A stretch of DNA of 64,000 bases from Macrostomum lignano (GCA_002269645.1 NIVC01000201.1:310001-374000); one strand, 5' to 3'; counted from the first letter of the stretch, positions 1-13,600 are shown. Program-made: numbers and translations. Notes: generated by a model not told the origin, from the sequence alone.

Positions 1-82
1 AACAGATCCCCACGTGTACCCACAAGCCTCAACCTGGCTTCTGGCTTGCGTTTCCAGCTGAGGCAGAGCTGAAAACTGTGGA

Positions 83-1401
83 TTAAATTTTCGTTAGAAA
101 CCGTGGCAAGTTCTGAAAAAAACTGTTGCAAGACTTCATGAAACGAGTTTTACAAATTACCTGCGCAGGCTGTCGCAGCTGTTCGCGCGAGAAGCTGGCT
201 CTTGGGGCTGAAGTTGGAGTGCACGAAAACTGCCTAGACGGGTGTCGAGTAGGCGTCGAGCTTCCAGACGAATTGAGAGCTGCTTGAGGGTGCAGTCGCT
301 CAAAGGCTGGGCTGTCGATCGACTGCGGTTCTGGTGGAGGTGCCATGGAGGTGCGGTTCTGAAGTTTCCTGACAGTGCTCTGCGCCATTGTGCCGTCGTA
401 GGCCTGGGTTGGTAAAGAAATGATTAGAATAGATAATTTTTTTCTCAGCACGTTAATCTGTAACATAGTAGGAGAAATGATATACTCAACAGTAACCATA
501 CACGCATTGAATGAGATGATGCAGACATAACAGAGGTGTATAGATATAAACATAACAATGTGATGTGTGACAACAAGCCGTCACGCTAGCCTGGCATTGG
601 GGTGAGGTGAAGACAGTGTTAGATTAGAGAAATTAAAGAAAAGAATAAAATCCAAACTATTAAAACTGTCTCAATCATTTTGTAATATGTCTGGCAAACT
701 GCCAAGTGCAATAATTTGAAATTAATAAGCATACTGTACTCCAAATGCATGAATACATAAAGACTATAAATGCTTGACATTTTTAAATAGACACAAATGT
801 AAGCACGTACTTCTGCAATTCCCGAAGCTTGCAGAGTTGGCAGTGGAGGGAGGCAAACAACACCAGAAGACCCAGACAATGATTCACTTCTCTGTGTGGG
901 ACCCCGGTTGGCTTGTCCATGGCTGGCTGCATCAGCAACCTACAATTATATTATTTTATATTTTATATTAACGCACGTGGCAGACCTTAGTTGTATACTA
1001 AATATTAAATTAAATATTATTTTACATTATACTTACAGCATCAATATCTGTTGCATCATTGTCTGTCTCAAGATTCTTCATAGGAGGAAATGTCTGTCTT
1101 TTGTTGGATCGAACACGATCTGGCAGAATTTTAGTAGCTTGCTTGGACGATAGTGCTTCTCTTTGACCACAGCTCGTAGCATGGCAACAGTGTCACTGGT
1201 GTCACAGGCATGTGGAACAACTTGCAAAACAATGCAATCTTCCAACTTGTCATTATATATTACCTGAATATGAACTTCTTCAAGTTTGTCCACTTGCCTC
1301 CATTGCTCAATAGTCCACTTAGTAAAAGAGCCAAGAAGGCAATCTTCCTCATCAGCTTCTATTACTTCATAGTCAGAGGTAAAATACACAATAAACTTCA
1401 T
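83..1401 (-). CDS. Probable multi-exon accessory gene downstream of the CACTA-type transposase; function unknown, runs off the left edge
   Basis: ORF 1078-1401 begins with ATG (MKFIVYFTSDYEV). GC-richer exon-like blocks at about 805-945 and 60-410 lie on the same strand as the transposase. The exon structure was not fully resolved. Confidence 0.35.
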
Positions 1402-2102
1402 TGAGTCACTGCAACAAGATTACTGAACTAAAGTTTTATTATTTAATGATTTAGCAACTGCACAAGACACTGCATGTACTAAGAAGGACTATTTACTCAT
1501 TGTGGTGTAATGTTGGCCAAGCAGTAACTAAAGTTTTTACAGCATAATATGGCACATAACATGTAATTATTCCATTGGAACAAGTGAGTTACAAATTTAG
1601 AGGATACACAAAAAATGTTTATTGAATTGTTCATAGGGGCCTATTGCTACTTGCTAACTTACTAGTAGACAACTTGTCAAAATACATTTACACTAGAATT
1701 CTGCCACAAAAATCATAAATAGTCTGACTAGGACATTCACATTGAAGGACACATTACTTAAATAATACGTACTCATATTTGCAAGCACTTAGGAAGGTTA
1801 TAATAAAGCATAGAAATTATACAAAACAATAATAATTGTTTTTTGTAATAAAATTAATTAATAATAATAATAAAAATAATAATGATCATCTTATTTCATA
1901 CCATGATCCGAACAAATGCTTTAGTTTGTTAATGGCTATAATGGCTATACTACTTCAATATTATATAATATATATGGAATTATATATTTTTTTATTCTAG
2001 ACCTAATTAAATTATATTTGCTGACTGTATACACAATTACATTTGTAAACAACTTAGGCAAGACACAATTATGGACGATGGACTTCAGGCAAATAACTTG
2101 AT

Positions 2103-4013
2103 TTACTTGATGCAAGGAATGACCAGATAGTCTCCGCCAAAGGGAATTAGAATGGCCTTCTTAGAAGGTTGCAAGTTGGATACAAATGTCTTTGAATGCT
2201 TATAGTAGCCTATGCCAATTGATTTTGATGGATATGGATAGGAATAAAGGCTTCTATCAAATGTGAGAACCTGGCCTGAAATAAGACCATCATTTAAATT
2301 GGTGACAATGACAACCTTTCCATCAACAATAGCACAGTTATTAGGACTCTTATTAGTAAAACCAATGTCACCCAACTTGTCATTAGAATATAAAAATCTC
2401 ACATTCAACAACTGGTTGACAGATTGGGCAAAAACATGATTGGTACAACGAATTCTCTTCTTGATCAATTGCAAGTAGTTTTCAAAAGGGAAAGCTGAAA
2501 ACGTGTCAAGTGGGCCATACATTTGCACAAACTCAGGAAGGTGCAACAGAGCATGCCAATTATAAGAAACTACACTGTTGTAATATAGGCTTGGTGCCTC
2601 AGCAACAAACTTTTTCAAACAAGCCTCAGCAGCATCAAAATAAATTTCACAGTACTCAGGTGAATTAAGGACTGAAATTGACCAATGCAATAATAGATAA
2701 TGATTAAAGTAGACCTTTGGCAAGGTATTCTTAAAAAGGAACGGACCAAAGTACAAAAGACATTGGCGGAATTCCGTTGCTTTAAAGTATTCAATGTCAG
2801 CAAAAGTGCGAAGCCGTCTTTGAAAATCTGAAGGAACAAATTCCTTAATATACATTATTTTTCTATTTATTTCCTCTTTTAATTGGGATGACAACTTGCA
2901 AGCAAGTCGAATGTGCTTTGCTCCAAGGAAGTAAAATTTGAGCAACTTCTTTACAACCCCTAAGTAGACAATATGCATTGGGTCGGGTACAAAATTGGAA
3001 TACATTGGAACAATCCTGGCTAGTGGAGAAATACCAAGTTGGTTATTTTCACGCCCTTGTTCATAATCTTGATTTGTTCGAGCCTCTGCAATGGTATTAG
3101 AAAAACAAATTCTGTCACCTGTGTAATTTCCTACTTGACGACACCAACTACAGCCAAGATAACTGGAATGACCTTTCAAACATTGAATAAAGTTTCTAGC
3201 AGGTGTGTCACAGATAAAGACAATTGACTTAATAAAAATTCTTTTCATATTATAGTCAAAACCATTCTGTAGACCTGCAATTTCAGAACAAAACCTTTCT
3301 AAGAAGACATGTAGGTCAGGCTTTCCAATGCCACAAAAAAGGCCAAATGGCACAGGTCTAAAACAATTATTTACTAGCATCAATATAGGCCAAAGATTGA
3401 TTCTAGATGACTTGAATAAAGGAAGACCATCAACATTTACCCTTAAGGAAACAAAGAAGTTTGTAATTCCAGATGGAATTGTAAGGATTTTGGAATCAAG
3501 TAAAAATTTCAAATTGTCCACAATGGAGAGAAAGGCAACATGACCATTATTGACATTGAACCTCGTGATCTCTGTGCTTGGACACTGCCTCTTAAGCATG
3601 TAGACAGAAGTGGGTATGTCAGTGAAGAAACGAGCCAAAAGCCGAAGTAGGTAATTCATGGCAGCACTAGTAATATTGAATGTTATGTAAAACAATAGTA
3701 ACTCTTGCACCAAAGTAAGTGGCGGAGGTCTATTATAGCCAAGAGAGTCATCTTGTTCTTCAACTTCTTCATCCATTTCTTCCTCAAAAAGAGCATGCAT
3801 TTGGCTATCAAAGTCCATTGGCATTGGACCCACTGCATCAAAGAATGTCTCTTCAGGCTCAGCATTGCTCTTTGTATCTTCATTTTGTCCCATCACATTT
3901 TCTAGATCTAGCCTAGCCTCAATATTTGTAGCCCCAATCGTCGGAAGCTCTTGTAGTATTTCTTGCATTTCCCTGGCTACCTGTCTATTTGATGCACGAC
4001 TTGGCAAAGCCAT
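2103..4013 (-). CDS. CACTA/EnSpm (CMC superfamily)-type DDE transposase, 636 aa, uninterrupted
   Basis: Motifs NVDGLPLFKSS, CDTPAR, CSWC, DPMHIVYLGV, PSDFQRRLR, FKATEFRQCLLY, YNWHALLH and GPLDTFSAFPFENY match the motif order of animal EnSpm-like transposases. Confidence 0.85.
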   Translation of the reverse strand: MALPSRASNRQVAREMQEILQELPTIGATNIEARLDLENVMGQNEDTKSNAEPEETFFDAVGPMPMDFDSQMHALFEEEMDEEVEEQDDSLGYNRPPPLTLVQELLLFYITFNITSAAMNYLLRLLARFFTDIPTSVYMLKRQCPSTEITRFNVNNGHVAFLSIVDNLKFLLDSKILTIPSGITNFFVSLRVNVDGLPLFKSSRINLWPILMLVNNCFRPVPFGLFCGIGKPDLHVFLERFCSEIAGLQNGFDYNMKRIFIKSIVFICDTPARNFIQCLKGHSSYLGCSWCRQVGNYTGDRICFSNTIAEARTNQDYEQGRENNQLGISPLARIVPMYSNFVPDPMHIVYLGVVKKLLKFYFLGAKHIRLACKLSSQLKEEINRKIMYIKEFVPSDFQRRLRTFADIEYFKATEFRQCLLYFGPFLFKNTLPKVYFNHYLLLHWSISVLNSPEYCEIYFDAAEACLKKFVAEAPSLYYNSVVSYNWHALLHLPEFVQMYGPLDTFSAFPFENYLQLIKKRIRCTNHVFAQSVNQLLNVRFLYSNDKLGDIGFTNKSPNNCAIVDGKVVIVTNLNDGLISGQVLTFDRSLYSYPYPSKSIGIGYYKHSKTFVSNLQPSKKAILIPFGGDYLVIPCIK

Positions 4014-4879
4014 TAAATCAAATTAATCAATAAATGACAATACTTATTTATTATTAGAACTAGCTTTTGCCTTATATGTTTTTAGTACACAATGTAGTCA
4101 ATTATTTTAATTTGCAGTCTCTTTCAATATGAGAAATCTAGGACTAGCACTAGATAGAATTTATAGAATTGGCCCTTGTTTACTACTTTGCGATGGTCTG
4201 AATTGAAACTGGCTATGAGTATAGTACAATGTCAGTATATATTATGTATAGCTGGACAATTGGTGCCTATCATATACTGTACTCAAATATTAATAAGCTT
4301 CTGCAAGTGCCACTATGGTCAAAACTCACTATGCAGTATTGCAGTATACCAAATTGTTCTTTTTAGGTATAGTATAATAGTTTTGGCTAGCTGTTATCAC
4401 AAATAAACAATAATAATATATTTTATTACTGAAATTAGCGATTATATAGTCCGCCAGTAAAAAATTCAAGCATACAAGATAATAGGAGACTAAAGAAATG
4501 CACTAAATGAACGAAAGGAGTAGCATACTAGTATAGTATTTGCGTGTAACCACAGATGAAGTTGCAGAGAGTTCAAAGTTGTGGTCTCACTGTCCTGTGT
4601 TGGCTAAAGGAGCTGTGTTCAAAAGAGCTGATGTTCCAAGCGAGCGCAAATTAGTGAAAATGGAAGTGTGCAAATTAAACTGGTCAATAGCTTCAACACT
4701 TGATCGCGTAAAACAAAGCTTGCTAGCTGTTCTTCTTGCAAATTGCGAGGGCGCAGAATTCCCGTCTAAAAGAGTTTTTTCTTCAAAGTGGACAGTCATC
4801 ATACTAGTTGATAAGTATGCTGATATTTTTGCGAAGCTTGCGTTCAAAATTATTGTCGGAAAGTGACGGCTCGGGTGCA

Positions 4880-5102
4880 GTGTAAATTCCGGTCGGAATA
4901 TGGAGCCTCATATTCCGGTATGTTTCCGGGGTGCTTCCGAGAAGCAAAGAAAGCCAGGAAATACTTTGTGTAGTTTTTGGATGTCATTGGAGCACATTTT
5001 TCATCGTTTTTTTGCTTGCAAATCTAGTTCCACCAGATTCCGATTGCCCTGCTAAAATCCGGCCAGATTCCGATGTCAATCCGATAACCCGTTTTTAGTG
5101 GG
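4880..5102 (-). mobile_element. Candidate 5' terminal inverted repeat and subterminal repeats of the CACTA-type element
   Basis: The minus strand reads CCCACTAAAAACGGG from 5102. CCAGATTCCGAT occurs twice just inside. The partner end would lie left of the window and cannot be checked. Confidence 0.5.
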
Positions 5103-6326
5103 TAGTCGCTTGATTTTCAGGCTACTGGGAAAAATGCTATGATTTCAAAAGCTCCTTGGGGAATTTTTGAAATTCTTGGGCTGAGAAGGAGTTGCTGAAA
5201 TGCTGTGACTCGGCTGCAGGTTAAGGGTTAGGGTTTGAGTTCAATTATAGAGCCATCGTCGTGTCAATCATAAATGATTCATTAAGGAATTTCTAAGATT
5301 AAAGGCTCTTGGCGCGAATTAGTTATATGCTTTGGCTCTTCGGGAATTGGTGACAGGTCAAGGCTTTCGGTGAAATTTAGATTTCAAAGCTTATGAGGAA
5401 GTTACTTAAATGCTCATGCTCAAGGCTCACGGGGGAGATTGCTAACATGCCAAGACTCACTTATGGGTTAGGGTTAGGGGCTTGGGGTCAGTTTTGGTTC
5501 AATCATAGAATAACCACTCTGTTAACCATCAACAAAGGACTTGCCATCAACTAAAGACTTACTAGATGGGAATTGCTAAGATATCAAAGCTCATGGATGG
5601 AATCGCTGAGTTGACAAGGCTCATGAAGAAATTGCTGAGATATCAAGGCTCATAAGGGGATTGCTGAATTCTTGGGGGAGGGAAGTTAGGTTGTTGGGAT
5701 GTCAAGGCTTACTGGGGGGAATTGGTGAGATGTCAAGGCTTACTGGGGGAATTGCTGAGATGTCAAGACTTACTGGGGGAATTGCTGATATGTCAAGGCT
5801 TACTGGGGAGGAATTGCTAAGATGCCAAGGCTCATGGACTCATGGTTGTTGGGCGATTGTCAGGTAGTCAAGTAGTACGGCTGAAGTAGCTCATGTAATT
5901 CAGATAATGAAATTGTACACACAAGTGATGCTGATTTCTGCTAATAGGAAATACCAGCGCATTTATTAAAGGTTTCATTCTTTGATTTAGGCTAATTAAG
6001 AGAGAGGGTCTAAGGACGTCAATGATTTGCATATTTTCTGCGGATCAGAATATGCCCCGGCCAGCGACGATATGCACTAAGAGTTTGTGCTTGAAAGGAT
6101 CAGCACTATTTGCTGATTGAGAAAGGGTTTTGGGCTGATGAAGGAAACTTTTTTGGCTGTTGAAAGTTCTGATTCATGGCAATTTATTTTTGCCAAAATG
6201 AGAAAAGGTAATTTTTGATTAATGGAAATCAACATTTTGGATAATTATAGTAAGGTTACTCTTGTGTCAAAATAAAAACCAATTGGTGTCATTTTCGGGC
6301 TCCCCAGCGGGGGGCTAAATGGCTAG
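5103..6326 (+). mobile_element. 3' part of a non-autonomous Helitron (plus strand)
   Basis: Hairpin GCTCCCC-agc-GGGGGGC (6299-6315), then 7 nt, then CTAG (6323-6326) followed by T. It contains GGGGAATTGCTGAGATGTCAAGGCTTAC repeats and TTAGGG pieces that are the reverse complement of motifs in the 30555-47642 units. Confidence 0.65.
5698..5832 (+). repeat. 30 bp tandem repeat, about 4.5 copies
   Basis: Unit TGTCAAGGCTTACTGGGGGAATTGCTGAGA. Confidence 0.85.
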
Positions 6327-7681
6327 TAAAATGCTATATCTGAACCGACTTTAGGAGACCTAAAATATATGCTTTTGTTTGATCAATAAACAAGTAAAAT
6401 GTATAGTAAGTAACTTGTCGCTTCAATACAAAGAGCAAAGAAAAAACTGTAGCAAACGCAAAAAAATTGTTAGTTTTGATTAAAACGAAAACAGATTGAC
6501 TACAGAAATTCTCAGGAATAATGCATAATCTGTTTCCAAAGCGACGCAGCCGCATAAAAATGCAGTCAAGATTTCGGGCTACCAACTTGTCCACTGGCGG
6601 CTTATTGGCTGCCTTCCAAAGCAACGCATCAAGTGGTTTCTCATTTACAGTACTTACTAACTTCCCCGTACGTAAAGAGGCTTATTAACTGGTCAGTCAA
6701 TTAGAGGGCTAGTATTCTATTACCTGGTCTAAAGGCGGCTTATTGGCAGATCTATCAGTATATTTGAGGTCTCTTAGTGGCTTATCAACGGGAATTGAGG
6801 TGGCTCAATTGGTATGTATTGTGTAACAGCGACTTTTCATCAAGTTTCGACTGTCTTATCAGAAATAAGTATTCGCGGCTTATCACAAAATATACTGTAG
6901 AAGCAGTTCATCATAAAGGGCTGGAAGCAGCTCATCAGCGAGTATTTTAGCGGCTTATCGCACTTTGCTTAGCAGTCTTTCACGTGCGGCTTATCAAAAG
7001 GTCTGGAGGCAGTTTATCAGCAAAGGGCTGAAGGAGGCATGTCGGAAAGCTGCTTTTCAGCAGGTCTGGAGCGCGCTTACGATTATAAATCAACAGGTCT
7101 GGAAAACTTGCCCGCGGGTCGTTAGGCAGCTAATCTCACTTTTCAAGTTCTCTAGCCCGAATCTGAACTGAATAAGGATTTTATTGGGAACTGGAACACT
7201 GGAACAGTGGAACGCACTGGAACTGGAGCTGCTTATATATTTGCTATACGTATTTTGATTTGTGAAAATTTTGTTTACGGAGACAGAGAATGAGATAAAC
7301 TGTAGTTAAGAATAACCTTCAAACCCGGAAACCGAATGATGTTAACTTAGCTACTATATTGCAGATAAAAGACGAAGCGAAACTTCGCACTGAATTCTTA
7401 AAGAATGGCCGCTCTCAGCCAGGTGCTGGAGGCGATTCCACGTTGCGCATCTTAGAGGAAATGTACAGTGTGAAACTGCATATTTTAGATATTATTATAC
7501 TTGTACCTATGCTTCTATTGGCATATCAATTGAGGTAAGGAGGCAGTATTTTTATAGAAAATCAGATTCACTACCGCCTTATATTTTGTGGCCATGAGAT
7601 CCTTGAAATGCTACACTATACTTGTTAAAATGCAGTTTAACAACTGTATTATCCTTTTTCGGAGCATACAACCGGTAACAG

Positions 7682-10600
7682 CTAGTCATTAGACAGCACC
7701 TCTGGGTACACAATGTTTCTCGTTCTTTTGCCAGAAATCCGGACACGAATATTGGCTGCGTTTTTGGCCCGAGACAGCGCGGTATATAGCTGACCGTGTG
7801 CAAAGCAGCCGTCAGTCAGTTCGATGCCTACAGTCACCAGCGACTGGCCCTGTGCCTTGTGGATCGTCAAAGAGAAGCTCTCCTTGACCGGGAATTGCAG
7901 CCGCTTGAAGCAGATTGGCAAGTCGGCGTTGCTAGGCTCCAGCGGGATTCTCGGCAGCAAAATCTCCTCCCCAGCAAATTGGCCAGCCGCCACTTTGCAC
8001 CGCAGAACATTTTCTCCCAGCGCCAGGACGATCAACCGACTGCCATTACAGAGAAATGGAGGGCGAATGTTTCTAAGCAAGACAAGAGGCATGCCGACCT
8101 TCAACCTAAGCAAGTGCTTCGGCAGGTTTGGAGCGTCCAGTCCATTAAGTAGCTCCGAAGGGAAATGAGTTGCGGAGTCTTCGTCAGCCACACTGTCAAT
8201 TGACCGGAATTCGCGCATGGCACCGGGAACATGTCCAGGCACTCCTGGTTGATTACATCGACCGACGCGTTGTGCGGGGCCAGGATGGCACGACTTGCAA
8301 AATAACCGTCTCTCTCCTCGGACGCGTCAAACGAAGGGTAGACGAACTTGATCAGGTCCCTTAGCGAAGCGTCCGCCGGCATCAGGATTTCTGCCGGCAG
8401 CGGAATGGAGCCGTCTGCATCCTCTTCGATAGAGCCGCCACCGATCTGCCCAATTGATGGCGATTGTAGTGTCAGAAAAAGTAATTTAAGCATAGTCAAT
8501 AACCTTAAAGGTCCATTCACACCGATATCAAGTGGGGCCAAATTTCGTGTGATCACACGATTTATACATAATTTCTCGTCACATTTTATATCAGTCGTAT
8601 GACGTGATCGCTTGTTTGATGGCGGTGTGAATGGGCCTTAAGCATAAGCATAATCGGTGGAAAATTAGGTAGTACAGATTAACAGCAAAAAAACAATATA
8701 TGACGGTCGATAGTAAAAAAATTTCCGCTTTAAATTTCAATTCCTTAAAAACACAAGGGCAATTAGTAACCCAAAATTGCTCGGGAAATAGATTTGCAGC
8801 TTTCAACTTGCAAAAAATAAGAAAAAATGCAACACCAGTAGTATTTTAAAGCCCAGGACTCACCTGCATCAGCAACTGGGAATACCGGTGGTTCAGCCCA
8901 GAATCATCACCGCTCTGTAGCCGGATATTCCGTGTCAAACGGTGCCGCCGGAACGCATTCCACAGGCCGGACCTGCTGACGCAGGCTTGGACATTGTTGG
9001 TCCGGGTCCCGTTCTTCACCACGGGAAGCAGCTGTCTGAAGTCGCCAGCGCAGACCAACACAATGCCACCGAATGCAGAATTCTGCTTCCGCACATCCCG
9101 CAGAGTCCGGTCCACGCACTCCAAGTCCTGCCGGTTAGTCATGGAGATTTCATCCCAGACAACGAGAGTCGCACTTCTGATGACGGCAGCTTGTCTCGAC
9201 TGAGCACCGACAGAGCAGACATCTTTTTCAGGCCTGACCAACCGAACTGGAATCTTGAATCTGATAAAAGCAATTTTGTGAGGCATTCGTATATCACTGC
9301 CTCCAACTCACTGCTGCAGTCCAACACTAACCATGATGAAAAGAGCAAACTGTTTTGATTTTTTGTAAAAACAATTTCAATGGAAATTGTTTGGATTTAT
9401 AAAAAATGCTAGCATAAACTGACATATTGTACGACCTAATACGAAAATACTCACGTTGAGTGCGCCGTCTGTCCGCCAGGAAGCAAAGTGGCAGCAATGT
9501 CGGATGACGCTACAGCAAGAGCCACTTCACTGTGGCTCCTGGCAAAAGCCAGGAGCACTTCAAGCAAAAATGTCTTTCCCGTCCCCGCCGGTGCATCGAC
9601 AAAGTGCAGGCCGCCGGAGCCACGGTTCAGGTCCGCAGTGACAGCTTCGTACACCGTTCGTTGCTCCTCCGTCAGCTGCGGCACTCGCGTCTCAGTGATC
9701 TCCGCTTGTTCCACCGTGTCGAACTGCAGTGGTCCAACTCGAGGTGCAGCGGTTGCAGCAGTCAGCCCGTATTCCGGCAGGCTACGGCCACCCATTGAGC
9801 TAAGCATGCTCTGCAGCTCCCGCAACGCCATGTCGGTCACCTCTTCGTCGCTCAGGTCTGGGTGGTGGAAGCGCAGGTCCTCGCACATTTCAACAGCAAA
9901 GTTACTCCACAGCTGCTCACCATCGGCCGGCTCGCCCCAGATGAGGATGACGGCCAGCAGGTGCCTCACTGCTCTGGGCATTCGGGACTGCACAGCCTCC
10001 GCCATGCACCTGTGCCAGTGATCGTCTCTCTGCAGCAGACCGAGAGCCATGCAGGCAGCTTTGTAAGTCGGATACGGCACGCCATCGACGGTCCGCAGCG
10101 CCTTGTAGCTGGTCGGTCCCCTCACATAGAGCAACAGAAGACGGAGATAGAAAACATCTCCTGCACGTGGACTGACCGTGTACATTCGCGAGATGTTGGA
10201 GCTCCGCTTGACGCCCGGGTGTCCTGGGACTTCGTTACCTCGCTCAGTTCGGCGCCATTCCCTGACATCCTTGCCGCTGTGCCAGGTGAAGTACGAAGGC
10301 ACCTCGGTGTACAGCAGGGTCCGTGCAAAGGCGTCGCTGGCGCACAGCTTGAAAAAGGCGGTCAGCACCGAATCCCAGGGCGAACTGGCCTTTGACATCG
10401 CAGTTGCCTCATTGAAGAACACTGTCTGCATATCTCTGTCATGCACACAGAGACGAATGACAGCGGGTGATCTGTGGTGCACCTGTTTGAGAAATTTAAA
10501 TTTGGGATAAAAAACCTCTATTAATATTATGGCGAAAAAATCCATAGTAAATATAGCTTCAGTTTTCATTCAAAGCAGTCCCCAACATTAAGAATATGTA

Positions 10601-13600
10601 CGTACATTAACATTGAAAGTACCTTAAAATTCCAACGGCTGCTAAATTTGACTACAGCGGCTGGCTATGATCTTAAGAACCGTTTAAGGCAGATTTTGAG
10701 GGTTTGTATATTCAACTCTGTAGGCTATCCAAGTATAATTTTGAGAATCCTTTAAGAATTCCGCTTATGGTGTTCCCCAACAGAAATGTTCAACACGAAA
10801 CTCACTTCAAATCTCAAAATCGTTTTCACTGCCTCCATTGGGCCGATATAGCGGGCAGTCAAGTACTCAGCGATCTCATCACGTCTTCTTGGAGATCCGG
10901 CACCCTGGTCATGCTCTTGATTTGCAGACTGCTGCCCCGAATGCGCAGCGTCCTGAGCTTGGGTCACCGTGAAGGTCGCCATGTCACCGCCTTTCAGAAG
11001 ATACTTGATGATGTACTTGACACTTTTAACTGTAGCACACACTTCCACGTTCATGTGGCAGGCGAATTCCAGCATCAGCTTCGGATTGTAAGGTACGACA
11101 GACCTGGTTAGGGAGCAAGTGAGAGAAGAATCAGAAATTGGGATGGGTAAAAAGTAAGAACGAATTCATTCTATCTCTGAAATGGAAGATGGAAAACAAT
11201 TTCCAAAGATCAAATGTATCGCATAGAACTTAAGAAAGCGTGCACTGAAATCAAGAGACTGAAAATATCTGTATATATATTTATTATATATAGATATATT
11301 TATTATATATAGATATATTTATTATATCTATATATATTAATATATATCTATATCTATGTATATTAATTCATTAATTCAATTACAAATAACCAACCGGTTG
11401 TCCATGCGAATACTGCGACCTTTCAGAGTCTTGTAAAGCTCGAATCCGCCCATTTCTGGAGATCGCCTTCTGTAGAACGGGTACCCATAGTCATTTACCA
11501 TGGTGGCTGGCACAAACTCCTTGGGATACCCCTTAGTACACTGTCCGTTCTCCATGCAGGGACATCTCGGATTGTCCTTTCCACACGGGCCGTGCATCAT
11601 GTGCGTCTTGACCAGCTCGTGCAGCACCGGCTGGGTTTGAGGATCGGGAATCTCCGCGCACACGATTTCGTCATAGCGGTCCGGAGTAACGCCATGTCCA
11701 CTCTTCATCCACAGCAGAATGTGGACATGCGGAAGGCCTGAGTTAGATTGCGAACGATACAATCTATTAGATGGATCAAGCTTTCACTTTATTACTCAAC
11801 TAATTTTAAATCCGTACAATTAATTCAGTAGACGAACTTTGAAAATAGCCAGAATCATCATCAAAGCAAAAATTAAGCATTTCAAATCTGCATTCCCCAA
11901 TTGTACATGACAAAAAGCAAGGTCTCTGAAAAAATTGAACTTGAATCGTCATATTTAAAAAACTGTGTTCTGAAAACGTTCAAGAATACAAATTTATTAT
12001 TATATGCTTGAAAAAACGTCGTGATTTGTTAAAATGAAAATTAATAAACAATCTAATGCGAAATTAAGATCAAATCGCTGTCTACTCACCCCGCTTCTGG
12101 TACTCCATTGAGCAAACATGCGCAACTACAGGTCCGAAGCACTTCTTCAACCGGGCAAGCAGGGCCTTCTTCTTCAACTCAAAGACACGACTGACTACGT
12201 CCGGCCTGTCCTCGGGCTTCTGTCCAGGCTGCAACTCCGCGCTTATTTCTGACCACTGTGGGTTACAGGTGGCAGTTACGAAGAGGTTCGGTTTGCCGAA
12301 TTTGTGGACGTAGGTCATGGCGTCCTGCAGCCTCTCCATCATGTACCGAGGCCCGCCAGTGAAAGTTAAAGACAAAATCACCGGCTTGCCGACATCATTG
12401 GGGTCGGTGCCTTTGTCCAATCCGTCCGCGGCAAACAGAGCGTCTCGCAGACCGCTGTACGTTTCGCTGCGAAGCTTCTTCTGATTCAGGCGCTGGTAGT
12501 TAAGCCGCTCACACTCGATCTTCGCTGCCTGGTCAACCAGGTACTGCTGGAACAGGCGTCGGCTGTGGTGCAGCGCGTTGAACTGGCCAGGCCGCACCAT
12601 AATCTCGCTGGCGTAATACGCCCGGACCGAGAGTTTGTCGCCGTTTTTTTTCTTCAGATCTGGGACCCAGCCATCCTCACCAAAAGGCAGCAGCAGCACG
12701 TACTGCAGTGCATCGTAGGATCGATGAGTAACGGAAACTCTGCGAATCTGGCTCAGGTCCCCGCGAAGCCGAATCACAACGTCCCGAGAGCTTGCAGGTT
12801 CATCAGCGCCAACCACCAGGATTCCGACTTCATTGGCAGTGGGCACGTTGTAACGCCTGGGAAAAGTTGTTCGAAAGCAACGCATACTTCGTTAGTAAAA
12901 TTATGTATGCACAAAATTATTTGTTCTTACTAAAAGCACACAGTTTTCACTTGAATTCTCTCTTGCGTATGAGAGAAAGAAAGTATTGAAGAAATTGACT
13001 AAAATAACCAAGTGAAACAGGTTAAGAAACACACTTGTAAACAAAAGCACAGAGCAATAATTAGTCACACAATTTATCAATTTAATCAGAAATAAAAAAA
13101 TGACTAAATTAATGAATAAGCAGACTCACCCAGTGTGCTCTCCCTGTGGGCGTCGTTCTGGGCGAATTAGAATTCGCGCCTCACCAAGCTGCGGCTCCCT
13201 GGCGATGTGCTCCGCTGCAGTCTTCAGGCTCCGCACATCGTAGCCGTTGCAGCTGTGCAGCAGGTTCTGCAGTAGCTGCAGTAGTTCTGGCTGCAGATTC
13301 TGGCTAATGCTTAGTCGGCTCTCCAGTTCGCGGTCCATGAAATATACCTGCCAACCGCGGGGTGCAGCTGATTCCTCAGCATACAAAGTCGGGATGTTGT
13401 GGTGGATCTCCCCACTGAGGATGAAGCTGGGACAGTAGCCCCGAATAGGCCGCAAGTTCGCTGCCAGCGTAGTAAGATGGAGTGCCGAATTGTAGTTGCG
13501 AATGTTGGCCAGAAATGCAGGGCTCAGCGGATGGCGTCCAACGTACAAATCCTGCATAACCGGCGGCACAGTCTTTGTTGGCAGTTGCACCTGGCCGCTG

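Noticed and set aside
4540-4866. ORFs upstream of the CACTA transposase
   Set aside because: They lack a convincing start or motif, and the two opposite-strand ORFs overlap. Coding status is unsupported.
6330-7680. Search for the 3' hairpin-CTRR end of the autonomous Helitron
   Set aside because: No convincing terminus was found. The CTAG at 6323 belongs to the plus-strand element, because its hairpin is on the other side.
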